A DNA stretch of 64,000 bases from an uncultured bacterium (GTDB taxonomy: Bacteria; Patescibacteriota; Minisyncoccia; Phycocordibacterales; UBA6065). The position numbers and the translations under genes are program-made. Numbering within the stretch: the first letter of the stretch is position 1; each line of letters opens with the position of its first letter. Below are positions 24,419-35,082 of this stretch, one piece after another. The notes under the pieces were generated by a model. The model was not told where the DNA came from, searched no databases, and saw only the letters and a list, made by a program, of their open reading frames with translations. The stretch lies in assembly GCA_966243015.1 (NCBI GenBank), contig CBIMES010000001.1, positions 298,076 through 362,075 on the forward strand. The letters are read 5' to 3'.

Positions 24419-26218
24419 CTAGCACGCAGCAATCTCGTGCTCCACGAGACCACGATACACCTCACAACGTCCAAGAAGCTCGTCATGAGTTCCCGTATCG
24501 ACAATCCTGCCCTTGTCGAACACGGCTATCTTGTCGGCGTTGCGAATGGTCGAGAGTCGGTGGGCAATGATGATGCCCGTCCTCCCCTCGAGTGCCTTCC
24601 GAATCGCCGCATGCACATGTTTTTCGTTTGCAGGATCAAGGGCGTTGGTTGCCTCGTCGAGAATGAGCAGGCTCGGGTTCTTGATAATCGCGCGGGCAAT
24701 TGCCACCCGTTGCCTCTGGCCTCCCGATAACTTGATCCCCGCCTCGCCTATAAGGGTGTCAAACCCGTCAGGCTCAAGGCGTGGACGAAACTCGTCTATG
24801 CGGGCGATTTTCGCCACACGCTCGAGCTCCTCGTCACTCACCACGACATCGGGATTTAACCCGTAGGTGATGTTGTAGCGAAGCGTCCCATCCCAGAGCT
24901 GGGGTTCCTGGTGAACGATGCCTATCTTGCCCCTCCAATGGTCGGGATCGAGTTCGGTCAACCGATGACCACCGACGACTATCTCCCCTGAATCAGGGTC
25001 ATAGGCACGTTGGAGAAGGTTGACAAGTGTCGATTTTCCAGACCCAGATGCCCCCACAAGAGCGACCACCGAACCTTTGGGGACGGTGAGACTCACATTG
25101 TGAAGCGCCGCAGGCTTTTCAACCCGCTCCTTGGCAGAAACATCGTCAGACCTGACACTTTCGCCCAGATCGGGATAGACGAAGGAAACCCCTCGAATCT
25201 CTATACCAGACCCAAGCGATTCAATGCGAATCGGATTAGAGGGGCTGACGATGGCCGGAGGTATGTCCAAAAGGTCGAAATATCGACCTACTAGATTGAA
25301 GTTCCGTATCAGCCTCCTCTGAATCGAGCCAATGTAGTTGAGTGCTCCGAAGGCGATTCCGCACCAGCCGATGACAATCACCAACGTTCCGAGAGGCATT
25401 TTTTCGTGCATAACAAGCCATGCGGCCGTGCCGTATGCGCCAATCTGCCCCACGAAAGCGAACTGCTCCCGGAAGCAAATCGATCTGAACACGTAGCCCG
25501 TCCATATCGCCTTTCCTTCCAGTCCGTATTCGGCATATTTGCCATCGAACTCGGTCTGGGCTCTTCGTTGCTGCCCGCTTGATATAACGAGCCTGAGGTT
25601 TTTGATGACCTCCCAGTAGGCAGTGCTGATCTTTGCCTCCTTCTTGCGATTTTCCTTGACCGACGGCATGAGCCTGTTTGTCATGAGTATGCTCACGAAT
25701 ACGAAGGACGAGATGCACGCCAGGACAATGAGACCGACCTGCCAACTCACGAAGAAAAGCGCCCCAACGGTCGTAACCATGCGAACGAGCGACGGGACCA
25801 GTTCCATAAACACCGTCTGCATGAGTTCGGATATCGCGGCCTCTCCCTTTTTGAGCGTCTCCTGCTTGAAGCCGGAGTTCTCGTTCGTGACCTGGCCCAG
25901 GGAGAACCTTGTTATCCTGTCGAGGGTCACGGTCGACATGTGGCCGTCAAGATCGAATATAATCTCGTTTATGTGAAGCCTCGCCATAAGCCACTGAAGC
26001 AACTGCCCGATGAACACGAACAGCCCGACGTAGCAGAGGTTATGCCACACCGACGAAGCGTCTTTCACGGACACGCTCTCGACGAACTTACCCGTCCAGA
26101 ATGTAGCGCCGAGAAGCGTTACCTGAACGCAGATGACGAGGAACGAAAGGAATGCGAAGGGCCTGATGAAAGGCCCACACATCTTTCGGAGCTGACTGAG
26201 TCTGTTTCTTAATTTCAC
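24419..26218 (-). CDS. ABC transporter, fused permease/ATPase (exporter)
   Basis: Walker A GASGSGKST, signature LSGGQRQRVAIAR, Walker B LLILDEATNALD. GTG start with an AGGAG SD. Confidence 0.85.
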   Translation of the reverse strand: MKLRNRLSQLRKMCGPFIRPFAFLSFLVICVQVTLLGATFWTGKFVESVSVKDASSVWHNLCYVGLFVFIGQLLQWLMARLHINEIIFDLDGHMSTVTLDRITRFSLGQVTNENSGFKQETLKKGEAAISELMQTVFMELVPSLVRMVTTVGALFFVSWQVGLIVLACISSFVFVSILMTNRLMPSVKENRKKEAKISTAYWEVIKNLRLVISSGQQRRAQTEFDGKYAEYGLEGKAIWTGYVFRSICFREQFAFVGQIGAYGTAAWLVMHEKMPLGTLVIVIGWCGIAFGALNYIGSIQRRLIRNFNLVGRYFDLLDIPPAIVSPSNPIRIESLGSGIEIRGVSFVYPDLGESVRSDDVSAKERVEKPAALHNVSLTVPKGSVVALVGASGSGKSTLVNLLQRAYDPDSGEIVVGGHRLTELDPDHWRGKIGIVHQEPQLWDGTLRYNITYGLNPDVVVSDEELERVAKIARIDEFRPRLEPDGFDTLIGEAGIKLSGGQRQRVAIARAIIKNPSLLILDEATNALDPANEKHVHAAIRKALEGRTGIIIAHRLSTIRNADKIAVFDKGRIVDTGTHDELLGRCEVYRGLVEHEIAAC

Positions 26219-26276
26219 CTTGTTACTCCTTGTGTGTTGTTTGATTTGTGTATGTGGTTGTGTGAAAGATCAAAAA

Positions 26277-26300
26277 AATCTGGCGTGTGTTTGCCAGATT
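26277..26300 (-). terminator. Terminator after dnaJ (aatctggc gtgtgttt gccagatt), flanked by A-run and T-run
   Basis: 8-bp stem. a7 run before and ctttt after, so it could act in both directions. Confidence 0.45.
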
Positions 26301-26342
26301 CTTTTGTTATTATAACACAAATAATCAATGTGTCTACTGTGC

Positions 26343-27236
26343 CTAGGCGCCCTGCTCCTTGAGCGCTTCGACCGCCTTTTTCATATCCTTCGAAAGCCTC
26401 TTCGGCATAACGATGTTCACGACGACGAGAATGTCGCCGCGATGCCCGTCCCTTCCGCGCGAGGTCGTCGGCACTCCCTTGCCCTTCACACGCAGAACCT
26501 CGCCAAAGGCGATGCCCTCGGGAATCTTTATCTCGATCTCACCGTCGAGCGTCTTGAGCGCGTATTTGGCGCCCAAGAGAGCGTCAGAAAGCTTCACGTC
26601 GAGGCGAGCCACGAGATTGTGGCCCTCCTTGCGAAGAACGGGATGAGGCTTCACATGGACGCGGATATACAAATCGCCCGGCACGCCACCCTCGATTGGC
26701 TCGCCCGCCCCCGCAAGCTTCACCATCTCGCCGTTCTCGAGGCCACCCGGAATCTTGACCTTGAGGCCTTTGCGGACGCTCACCTCGCGCTCAACGCCGA
26801 AAATCGCCTCCTCGAACGCGAGCTCAACATCCACCTGGATGTTCCTGCCGCGCTTCTGGCGAGGTCGGCCGCCGCCGAAGATGCCGCCGAACAAATCATT
26901 GAGATCGAACTCGATATTGCCGTTCTGTCCAAAGCCGCCGAAGCCGCCCTGCTGGAAGCCCGAGAAGTCGAACCCGAAGTCGTTCGGGTTGAAGCCTTGC
27001 CCTCCGAAGCCCGACCCGCCCATATTCGCGCCCGCGTGGCCGAATTGGTCGTACTGGGCGCGCTTCTTGTCGTCAGAAAGCACGGAGTACGCCTCGTTCG
27101 CCTCTTTGAACTTGTCCGCGTTGCCGCCCTGCTTGTCGGGATGATGCGCGTGAGCCATCTTTCGGAACGCCTTCTTTATCTCGTCCTGCGACGCGTCCTT
27201 CTTTACACCGAGTATTTCGTAATAGTCTTTTTTCAT
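26343..27236 (-). CDS. dnaJ: DnaJ-family co-chaperone lacking the Cys-rich zinc-finger domain (type II, CbpA-like)
   Basis: J-domain with HPD (AHAHHPDK), a G/F region and C-terminal substrate-binding domains. No CxxCxGxG repeats. Confidence 0.85.
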   Translation of the reverse strand: MKKDYYEILGVKKDASQDEIKKAFRKMAHAHHPDKQGGNADKFKEANEAYSVLSDDKKRAQYDQFGHAGANMGGSGFGGQGFNPNDFGFDFSGFQQGGFGGFGQNGNIEFDLNDLFGGIFGGGRPRQKRGRNIQVDVELAFEEAIFGVEREVSVRKGLKVKIPGGLENGEMVKLAGAGEPIEGGVPGDLYIRVHVKPHPVLRKEGHNLVARLDVKLSDALLGAKYALKTLDGEIEIKIPEGIAFGEVLRVKGKGVPTTSRGRDGHRGDILVVVNIVMPKRLSKDMKKAVEALKEQGA

Positions 27237-27484
27237 ATATAGTTACCAACGGAACAGAAACCTCAACCCACCACTCGCCATGAGCGAAATTTGACCATGG
27301 ACGGCTACTAGCAATGGACCAATAGAACTGGCACGTTAAATCCAGCGATCACCCACAAGCAGTCACTATGTCCCCCACGACCCAACGGTCATGAGGGATA
27401 AGTGCCTGCTTTTTTCTTACCTTTCAGAGATCTTTCCCGCAACCAGCGCGCCCTGGTGCGCGCAACCGTGAGGCCGTGACGGTA

Positions 27485-29389
<1,905 letters not shown>

Positions 29390-29438
29390 AGTTGTGAGTG
29401 TTAGCTAAACGAATAGTGCGCGCGAAAGGCGCGTTCGG

Positions 29439-29741
29439 TTAGCAAACACTCGGGGCCCGGGCAAGCTGATTGGCGAAGAGGTCGAGAGAGAAATACGGAG
29501 AGAAGACCGAGCGGGCGCCGATAGTGGCAGGAACCTCGGCGCAGAGTTCGCAGGCAGGAGACGAGAGGAGAACAACGGCCTCTGAAGCGGCCTGGGTTGC
29601 CTCAAGAGGCTTGGTGCCGAGGAATCGCACCTCTACCCTACCCTCGATGTTCATGACGGCAAAAAAGGCGCGTACAACCTCGCCTGTCGCCAGGGTTACG
29701 TCCTTCGAAACTATGCGGATTTCAGGGCGTTTTATAAGCAT
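29439..29741 (-). CDS. Hypothetical protein between the coiled-coil gene and dnaK
   Basis: ORF 29439..29873 trimmed to the ATG at 29741 (MLIKRPEIRIV...). Confidence 0.4.
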   Translation of the reverse strand: MLIKRPEIRIVSKDVTLATGEVVRAFFAVMNIEGRVEVRFLGTKPLEATQAASEAVVLLSSPACELCAEVPATIGARSVFSPYFSLDLFANQLARAPSVC

Positions 29742-29778
29742 ATCGTTCGGTTGAGCCTTACCGTCTTGTATTTCTATT

Positions 29779-30051
29779 TTACGACGTTTGTGGGGAGGTT
29801 TCAAGTGCCTCGACTCGACCATCCAACTTGTCGAATTCGACGCGGGAAACCTTGCGAGTTTCCTGATCATCAAGACGAGCGATAACTATATCGAATCGAT
29901 TATTCATCTTTCGCTCAAGATTATCGATCTTTGCATCGAGCCTCTTTTCAATTCCCTCTATTTTTACATTCAGATGCGCAAAGCCATTCATCGTCATCCC
30001 AGCGAGTCTCTCCAGGGTCATACCCTCAAAATTTCCAGTCTCATGTGTCAT
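29779..30051 (-). CDS. Small coiled-coil protein, paralog A of a four-member family; lies inside the grpE-dnaK operon
   Basis: N-terminal MTHETGNFEGMTLERL and heptad region GFAHLNVKIEGIEKRLDAKIDNLERK shared with paralogs B, C and D. Confidence 0.5.
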   Translation of the reverse strand: MTHETGNFEGMTLERLAGMTMNGFAHLNVKIEGIEKRLDAKIDNLERKMNNRFDIVIARLDDQETRKVSRVEFDKLDGRVEALETSPQTS

Positions 30052-30189
30052 GGTTTTTCGGTGTTATGTGATTCTGATAACGCTAATGTAGATTAAGCAT
30101 ATCAGCGACCAACACCACGAGGAACAATCACCCTGTCCCCATTTTGAGAGTCTCTTTATTCGTCTCGAAACCGACCAGCAGCGTGGCGC

Positions 30190-30735
30190 TTACGCAGCCT
30201 TTGCCTCACCCACCCTTACCTTCGGCGCGCGAATAGTCTTGCCATTGAGGCCATACCCCTTGGAGATGACGGATATGACTTTGTTGGCCTGAGAAGCATC
30301 GTCGACAGGCACAAACTCAATTGCCTCGTCCCGATTCGGGTCAAAGGCCTGGCCCAGAGGATTCACCTCGGTGAGGCCGTTCTGCTCGAGAACAGACCTG
30401 AGCTGGGTGTGAATGTGCTCCACGCCGGCTCGCCAGTTCTTGTCCGCCTTCTCCCAGGCCTCCTTGTTGGCAAAGGCCATCTCGAAGCTCTGGAGGACAG
30501 GAATGAGCTCCTCGACAAGCCCTTCGGTGGCGAGCTTGCGGTACTCAATCAGACTCTCATCCATGCGCTTCTTGGCGTTGGCAAAGTCGGCCTTGGCGCG
30601 CTGCCAACCCGCGAGATACTCGTCTCGCTCGGCCCTTACCTTATCAAGCTCGAAAACAGGCGCGGCCGCTTCCGCTGCGACAGGAGCCGCGGCGTCAGCC
30701 TGAGTGTCGGGATTCTTGTTCTCGTTTTCGTTCAT
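30190..30735 (-). CDS. grpE: Nucleotide exchange factor GrpE
   Basis: Typical GrpE coiled-coil plus C-terminal beta domain (FDPNRDEAIEFVP...). Confidence 0.9.
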   Translation of the reverse strand: MNENENKNPDTQADAAAPVAAEAAAPVFELDKVRAERDEYLAGWQRAKADFANAKKRMDESLIEYRKLATEGLVEELIPVLQSFEMAFANKEAWEKADKNWRAGVEHIHTQLRSVLEQNGLTEVNPLGQAFDPNRDEAIEFVPVDDASQANKVISVISKGYGLNGKTIRAPKVRVGEAKAA

Positions 30736-30812
30736 GGCTTTCGTGGTGGTTACTGCCTTCTAATGTGCAGACATCATAAATAAAAAATCGTTCATAATCA
30801 ACAAGCGAGAGA

Positions 30813-30898
30813 CCCTCTCTGGAAAAGCCTATTGAAGCGCGACGGCGCGTAAATGAGAAAATCCCCACCAGGGGATTTTCGTGCTTTTCCAGAGAGGG
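30813..30898. promoter_or_regulatory. Nested inverted repeats upstream of grpE and downstream of rpsI: an outer 16-bp perfect IR enclosing a terminator-like hairpin
   Basis: ccctctctggaaaagc ... gcttttccagagaggg, with an inner gaaaatcccc acca ggggattttc. Confidence 0.3.
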
Positions 30899-30909
30899 CC
30901 TCGAGCGTC

Positions 30910-31320
30910 TTATCGCTTCGACCACTGTGGGCTCTTTCGCGCCTTGACCTTTCCGAACTTCTTTCGCTCCTTCGCGCGAGGGTCTCGCTTGAGGAAGGTG
31001 AGCTTCTTGAGCTTCTTTCGGAGCTCAGCGTCGTAGTCGAGGAGGGCTCGAGAGATAGCGTGTCGGAGAGACTCAGCCTGAGAGTGGATGCCGCCGCCCG
31101 AGAGGACTGCGGTGACCTTGAACTTCTGGGCGATCTTCGACTTAGTGAAGGCGTCAGTCGCGATGCCGCGGAGCTCCTCGGTAGCGAAGTAGCCCTCGAG
31201 GGTCTTGCCGTTGAGCTCGAACGACTCTTTGGTCGCAGGGGTGATGCGGGCTCGTGCTCGAGCGGTCTTTCGTCGGCCGATGGCCTCGAAGTATTTGGTC
31301 TTGGTCTCTGCGGTAGTCAT
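30910..31320 (-). CDS. rpsI: 30S ribosomal protein S9
   Basis: C-terminal ...RDPRAKERKKFGKVKARKSPQWSKR and overall S9 similarity. Confidence 0.9.
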   Translation of the reverse strand: MTTAETKTKYFEAIGRRKTARARARITPATKESFELNGKTLEGYFATEELRGIATDAFTKSKIAQKFKVTAVLSGGGIHSQAESLRHAISRALLDYDAELRKKLKKLTFLKRDPRAKERKKFGKVKARKSPQWSKR

Positions 31321-31342
31321 AGTAAAAAGTTTCTTTTAAATA

Positions 31343-31693
31343 TTATTCGGTAACGATGAGATTCTTCATCATGCGGTCCTGAAGCTTGTTCTTCGGGAGC
31401 ATTCCTCGGACGGCGATGCGGAAGGCCTCTGACATGCCCTTCTTGGCGACGAGCGCCTTCATCGTCCTCTGGATGAGGCCGCCTGGGTAACCAGAGTAGG
31501 TCGAGTAGACCTTCTCGTCGAGCTTCTTGCTCGAGACGTCCGCCTTTGCGGCGTTGACGATGCGAACCTCAACGTCTGCCACGACGTTTGACTGGTAGTC
31601 AGCCGAGGTCTTGCCCATGAGGATCTTGGCGGCCTCCGAAGAGATGCGGCCGAGCTTCTTTCCCTGTGCGTCTATGGTGTGAGTAGTTCTCAT
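31343..31693 (-). CDS. rplM: 50S ribosomal protein L13
   Basis: L13 family pattern; lies directly upstream of rpsI. Confidence 0.9.
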   Translation of the reverse strand: MRTTHTIDAQGKKLGRISSEAAKILMGKTSADYQSNVVADVEVRIVNAAKADVSSKKLDEKVYSTYSGYPGGLIQRTMKALVAKKGMSEAFRIAVRGMLPKNKLQDRMMKNLIVTE

Positions 31694-31698
31694 GGTAA

Positions 31699-32052
31699 TT
31701 ATTTAACAAACTGGATATGAGCCATCTTCGCTCCGTCAGACTTTCGGAGAGGAAGCTTGACGACGCGGGTATATCCGCCCTTTCGAGCAGCATGCGCGGG
31801 AGCGATGACCTCGATGAGCTTCTTTGCAGCTCGGTAGTCGCCCACCTTGGTGGTGATGAGTCGTCGGGTGGCGAGAGTGTCGGTCTTCGCCTTGGTGACG
31901 AGCTTCTCGACAGACGATCGGATCTCCTTGGCCTTAGCCTCGGTAGTAGTGATGCCCTCGTGGATGACGAGAGATCGCAGGAGAGAGCGAATCAGCGCGC
32001 CTCGCTGATTCTTCTCTCGTCCGAATTTTCGTGTTGAATCGTGATGTCTCAT
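31699..32052 (-). CDS. rplQ: 50S ribosomal protein L17
   Basis: MRHHDSTRKFGREKNQRGALIRSL.. matches the L17 N-terminus. Confidence 0.9.
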   Translation of the reverse strand: MRHHDSTRKFGREKNQRGALIRSLLRSLVIHEGITTTEAKAKEIRSSVEKLVTKAKTDTLATRRLITTKVGDYRAAKKLIEVIAPAHAARKGGYTRVVKLPLRKSDGAKMAHIQFVK

Positions 32053-32110
32053 GTTCTTGGGTGAGCTCCTAGATTAGCTGTTTTTGCTTTATTTGTCCAG
32101 TTAAACGGTA

Positions 32111-33070
32111 TTACTTGAGGACGATGCCGTACTCAGAGAGTGCCTTTCGGATCTCCTGGAGGCCCTTTGGCCCGAGACCCTCGATGTTCTCGACGTCAAC
32201 CTCCTTCTTTCGCACGAGACCTCCGACGGTGCGGATGTTCGCGCCGGTGAGGGCGTTCGTGGTTCGCTGAGAGAGGTTGAGGCTCTCGATGCGGGTCTTG
32301 AGGAACTCGGTGTCGAGCTCTTTCTTGGGCGCAGGCGCCTCTACCTTCTCGACAGGGGCTGGAGCGATAATCTCCTCCTCCTTGAAGCCGACGATGGCTT
32401 TGAGCTGGTTGATCATGATGGCGATCGATCGCTCGAGGGCCTCGTGAGGGGTGATGGTGCCGTCGGTCTCGACGGTGATCTTGAGTCGGTTGAAGTCAGT
32501 TCGGTCGCCCACTCGCATGTTCTCCACCTCGTAGTTCACGCGGCGGATTGGGGTGAACGTGGCGTCGAGAGCAATGGTGCCAATGTCGACGCGCTCCTTC
32601 TGGAGGACGTCCTTTGAAACGTAGCCGAGACCCTGGGCAACGGTGATGTCGATGGCGAGCTCGGTAGTCTTGTCGGTGACGGACGCGATGTGAAGCTCTG
32701 GGTTGAGGATCTCAACCTGGCCAGGGACGGTGATGTCCGCGCCGGTAACGTCCTTAACGCCCTTTACCTTGATGGAAAGGGTCTGAGGCTCCGAAGTGAG
32801 CATCTTGATGCGGAGTCGCTTGAGGTTGAGGATAAGGGTAATGACGTCCTCCTTCACGCCCTGGATGGTCGAGAACTCGTGCGAAACACCGTCGATCTTG
32901 ATGTGGGTAATGGCAGCTCCCGGAAGAGACGAGAGGATGATGCGTCGGAGGCTGTTTCCGAGGGTGTGGCCGTATCCAGGGTAGAGACCGTCGATCTCGT
33001 ACACGCCGAGGAAGTCCTTCTCGAGGACAATCTTTGGCTTTGATGGAAGCACTACGTTGGTTTCGGTCAT
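32111..33070 (-). CDS. rpoA: DNA-directed RNA polymerase subunit alpha
   Basis: N-terminal dimerisation domain and C-terminal domain (..LNLSQRTTNALTGANIRTVGGL..). Confidence 0.9.
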   Translation of the reverse strand: MTETNVVLPSKPKIVLEKDFLGVYEIDGLYPGYGHTLGNSLRRIILSSLPGAAITHIKIDGVSHEFSTIQGVKEDVITLILNLKRLRIKMLTSEPQTLSIKVKGVKDVTGADITVPGQVEILNPELHIASVTDKTTELAIDITVAQGLGYVSKDVLQKERVDIGTIALDATFTPIRRVNYEVENMRVGDRTDFNRLKITVETDGTITPHEALERSIAIMINQLKAIVGFKEEEIIAPAPVEKVEAPAPKKELDTEFLKTRIESLNLSQRTTNALTGANIRTVGGLVRKKEVDVENIEGLGPKGLQEIRKALSEYGIVLK

Positions 33071-33110
33071 AGTTTTTATGTTAAAAACGCTCCTAATTCC
33101 CTTCTAATTA

Positions 33111-33713
33111 CTATCGGCTGTAGAACTCGATAACCTGGCCAAGGTTGAAAAGGTGCTCGGTCGGAACGTACTTCGGTGCGGCCTCAACGGTAGCGATCCT
33201 CTTGTCGGCGTCGTACGAGAGCCATGAAGGAATCTTCACGGTCTTCATCTTGTCGTCGAGGCTGACGAAGAGGGCCTTGTTCTGGCTGCCGGCTCGGACG
33301 GAGATCTTCTCGCCGACGACGGTCGAGTACGAAGGGATGGTTACCTTCTTGCCGTCAACGGTGATGTGTCCGTGAGAGACCATCTGTCGTGCCGCGAGGC
33401 GGGTCGCAGCGAAGCCGAGTCGGTAGACGACGTTGTCGAGTCGAGACTCGAGGCGGAGGAAGAGAGCCTGGGTGGTGTTACCCTTCTTGGCGGCAGACTC
33501 CTTGACGTACTTCTTGAACTGTCGCTCCGCGACGCCGTACGAGAGGCGCGCCTTCTGCTTCTCGAGCATCTGGGTGGCGAACTGACCCTTAGGTCGCTGA
33601 GGTCCCTTGCCTGCCTTTCGCTCCTGCCTCAGGGCGAACTTGGCGCTCTGGGTCTTCTCGAAGATGTTTGCTCCGAGTCGGCGGGCGATCTTGTATTTTG
33701 GTCCGATGATCAT
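33111..33713 (-). CDS. rpsD: 30S ribosomal protein S4
   Basis: MIIGPKYKIARRLG.. N-terminus and S4 domain. Confidence 0.9.
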   Translation of the reverse strand: MIIGPKYKIARRLGANIFEKTQSAKFALRQERKAGKGPQRPKGQFATQMLEKQKARLSYGVAERQFKKYVKESAAKKGNTTQALFLRLESRLDNVVYRLGFAATRLAARQMVSHGHITVDGKKVTIPSYSTVVGEKISVRAGSQNKALFVSLDDKMKTVKIPSWLSYDADKRIATVEAAPKYVPTEHLFNLGQVIEFYSR

Positions 33714-33737
33714 AGTGCTGCTGTTATATTAAAAGGC

Positions 33738-34163
33738 TTATACGCGTCGAGCTCGAGGCGGTCGAGGGCCGTTGTGAGGGACAGGGGTAACGTCCTTCAC
33801 CGAAGAGATGTTGATTCCCTTGGTGATAAAGCTTCGGACGGCTGACTCTCGGCCAGATCCGGTACCCTTGATAACTACCGCAACCTCCTTGAGGCCCATG
33901 GCCTGAACCTTGGTCGCGAGAACCTCACCCACCTTCGCAGCCGCGAACGGGGTTCCCTTCTTCGCACCCTTGAATCCGAGGGCGCCGGCAGACGATGACG
34001 CTACGGCGTTACCCGATGCGTCGGTGACGAGGCACATCGTGTTGTTGTAGGTCGACTGGACATAGAGGATGCCCGACTCAACCTTCTTCTTCGAAGACGA
34101 GGTCTTTGCGGGAGCTGCCGCTACCTTTACCTCTCCTTCTGCTGCTTTCGTGGTCTTAGCCAT
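33738..34163 (-). CDS. rpsK: 30S ribosomal protein S11
   Basis: ..GILYVQSTYNNTMCLVTDASGNAV.. S11 signature. Confidence 0.9.
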   Translation of the reverse strand: MAKTTKAAEGEVKVAAAPAKTSSSKKKVESGILYVQSTYNNTMCLVTDASGNAVASSSAGALGFKGAKKGTPFAAAKVGEVLATKVQAMGLKEVAVVIKGTGSGRESAVRSFITKGINISSVKDVTPVPHNGPRPPRARRV

Positions 34164-34190
34164 AATTAGGGAAATTCTTGGGATTAATTA

Positions 34191-34571
34191 TTACTTCTTA
34201 GCCTCTACCTTTCGTCCGGTACCCATGGTCTTTCGGGTGTTTCCGCGTCGGGTTCGAGAGTTGGTCTTGGTCCTCTGGCCGTTTACCGGGAGGCTTCGAG
34301 CGTGCCTTACGCCTCGGTATGCCTTGATGTCCTTGAGTCGCTTGATGTTAGCGGAAACCTCTCGCTTGAGGTCACCCTCGATCTTGAAGGTCTCGATGAT
34401 CTTTCGGATCGCGTTCTCCTCGTCGGCAGTCACCTCCTTCGCCTTCTTGTCGAAAGCAACCTTCGCCTCGGCGAGGATTTTCTGGGCGCGCGAGCGACCG
34501 ATACCGTAGAGAGTCGTGAGAGCGATCTCTATCTTCTTTTCGTCTGGGAGGGTGATACCGAGGATACGCAT
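34191..34571 (-). CDS. rpsM: 30S ribosomal protein S13
   Basis: MRILGITLPDEKKIEIALTTLYGIGRSRAQ.. S13 signature. Confidence 0.9.
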   Translation of the reverse strand: MRILGITLPDEKKIEIALTTLYGIGRSRAQKILAEAKVAFDKKAKEVTADEENAIRKIIETFKIEGDLKREVSANIKRLKDIKAYRGVRHARSLPVNGQRTKTNSRTRRGNTRKTMGTGRKVEAKK

Positions 34572-34660
34572 GTCGTTGGCTTTTTTATATAAGAATTAAG
34601 AGTTTTCCATACTAGCACAGAATAAAGTTACTGTAAACTCCTGAGAGTTTACAGCATCCT

Positions 34661-34777
34661 TTAGCCCTGTCGCTGCTTGTGGCGGGGGTTCGATTTGCAG
34701 ATGACGTACACGTAGCCCTTTCGTCGGACGACCTTGCACGTTGCGCACTTCTTCTTTACTGATGATTTTACTCTCAT
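34661..34777 (-). CDS. rpmJ: 50S ribosomal protein L36
   Basis: Manual translation gives [38 protein letters not shown] (38 aa). Below the ORF-track cutoff. Confidence 0.8.
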   Translation of the reverse strand: MRVKSSVKKKCATCKVVRRKGYVYVICKSNPRHKQRQG

Positions 34778-34804
34778 GGTATTGCTGTTACGAAAACCTG
34801 ATGA

Positions 34805-35017
34805 TTACAAACGCTGAATAATTCGTCCCTTCCCGCCGTACGGCTCAAGCTCGAGCTTCACTTTGTCACCCACGAGCACCCTGATGCGGTTCATCCTCAT
34901 CTTGCCCGCGAGGTAGGTGAGCAATTCCGTGTCATCCTCGAGCCTCACTCGAAAGAAGGTGTTGGGAAGTGCCTCCGTAACGACGCCGATAACGCTTGTC
35001 TTGTTTGTATCAGTCAT
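34805..35017 (-). CDS. infA: Translation initiation factor IF-1
   Basis: S1-like 70-aa protein, ...[39 protein letters not shown].. Confidence 0.9.
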   Translation of the reverse strand: MTDTNKTSVIGVVTEALPNTFFRVRLEDDTELLTYLAGKMRMNRIRVLVGDKVKLELEPYGGKGRIIQRL

Positions 35018-35082
35018 GTATTAGAACGTCTGGATAGATTAAACCAAAGCGCGACGGTTGTCAAACGTCGCGCCCCACCCTG

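Noticed and set aside
26328-27242. 304-aa plus-strand ORF opposite dnaJ, and 28088..29263 opposite dnaK
   Set aside because: Both are antisense artefacts of highly conserved chaperone genes.
30736-30909. CIRCE heat-shock operator upstream of grpE
   Set aside because: No TTAGCACTC-N9-GAGTGCTAA-like sequence is present. A different nested inverted repeat was found and is reported instead.
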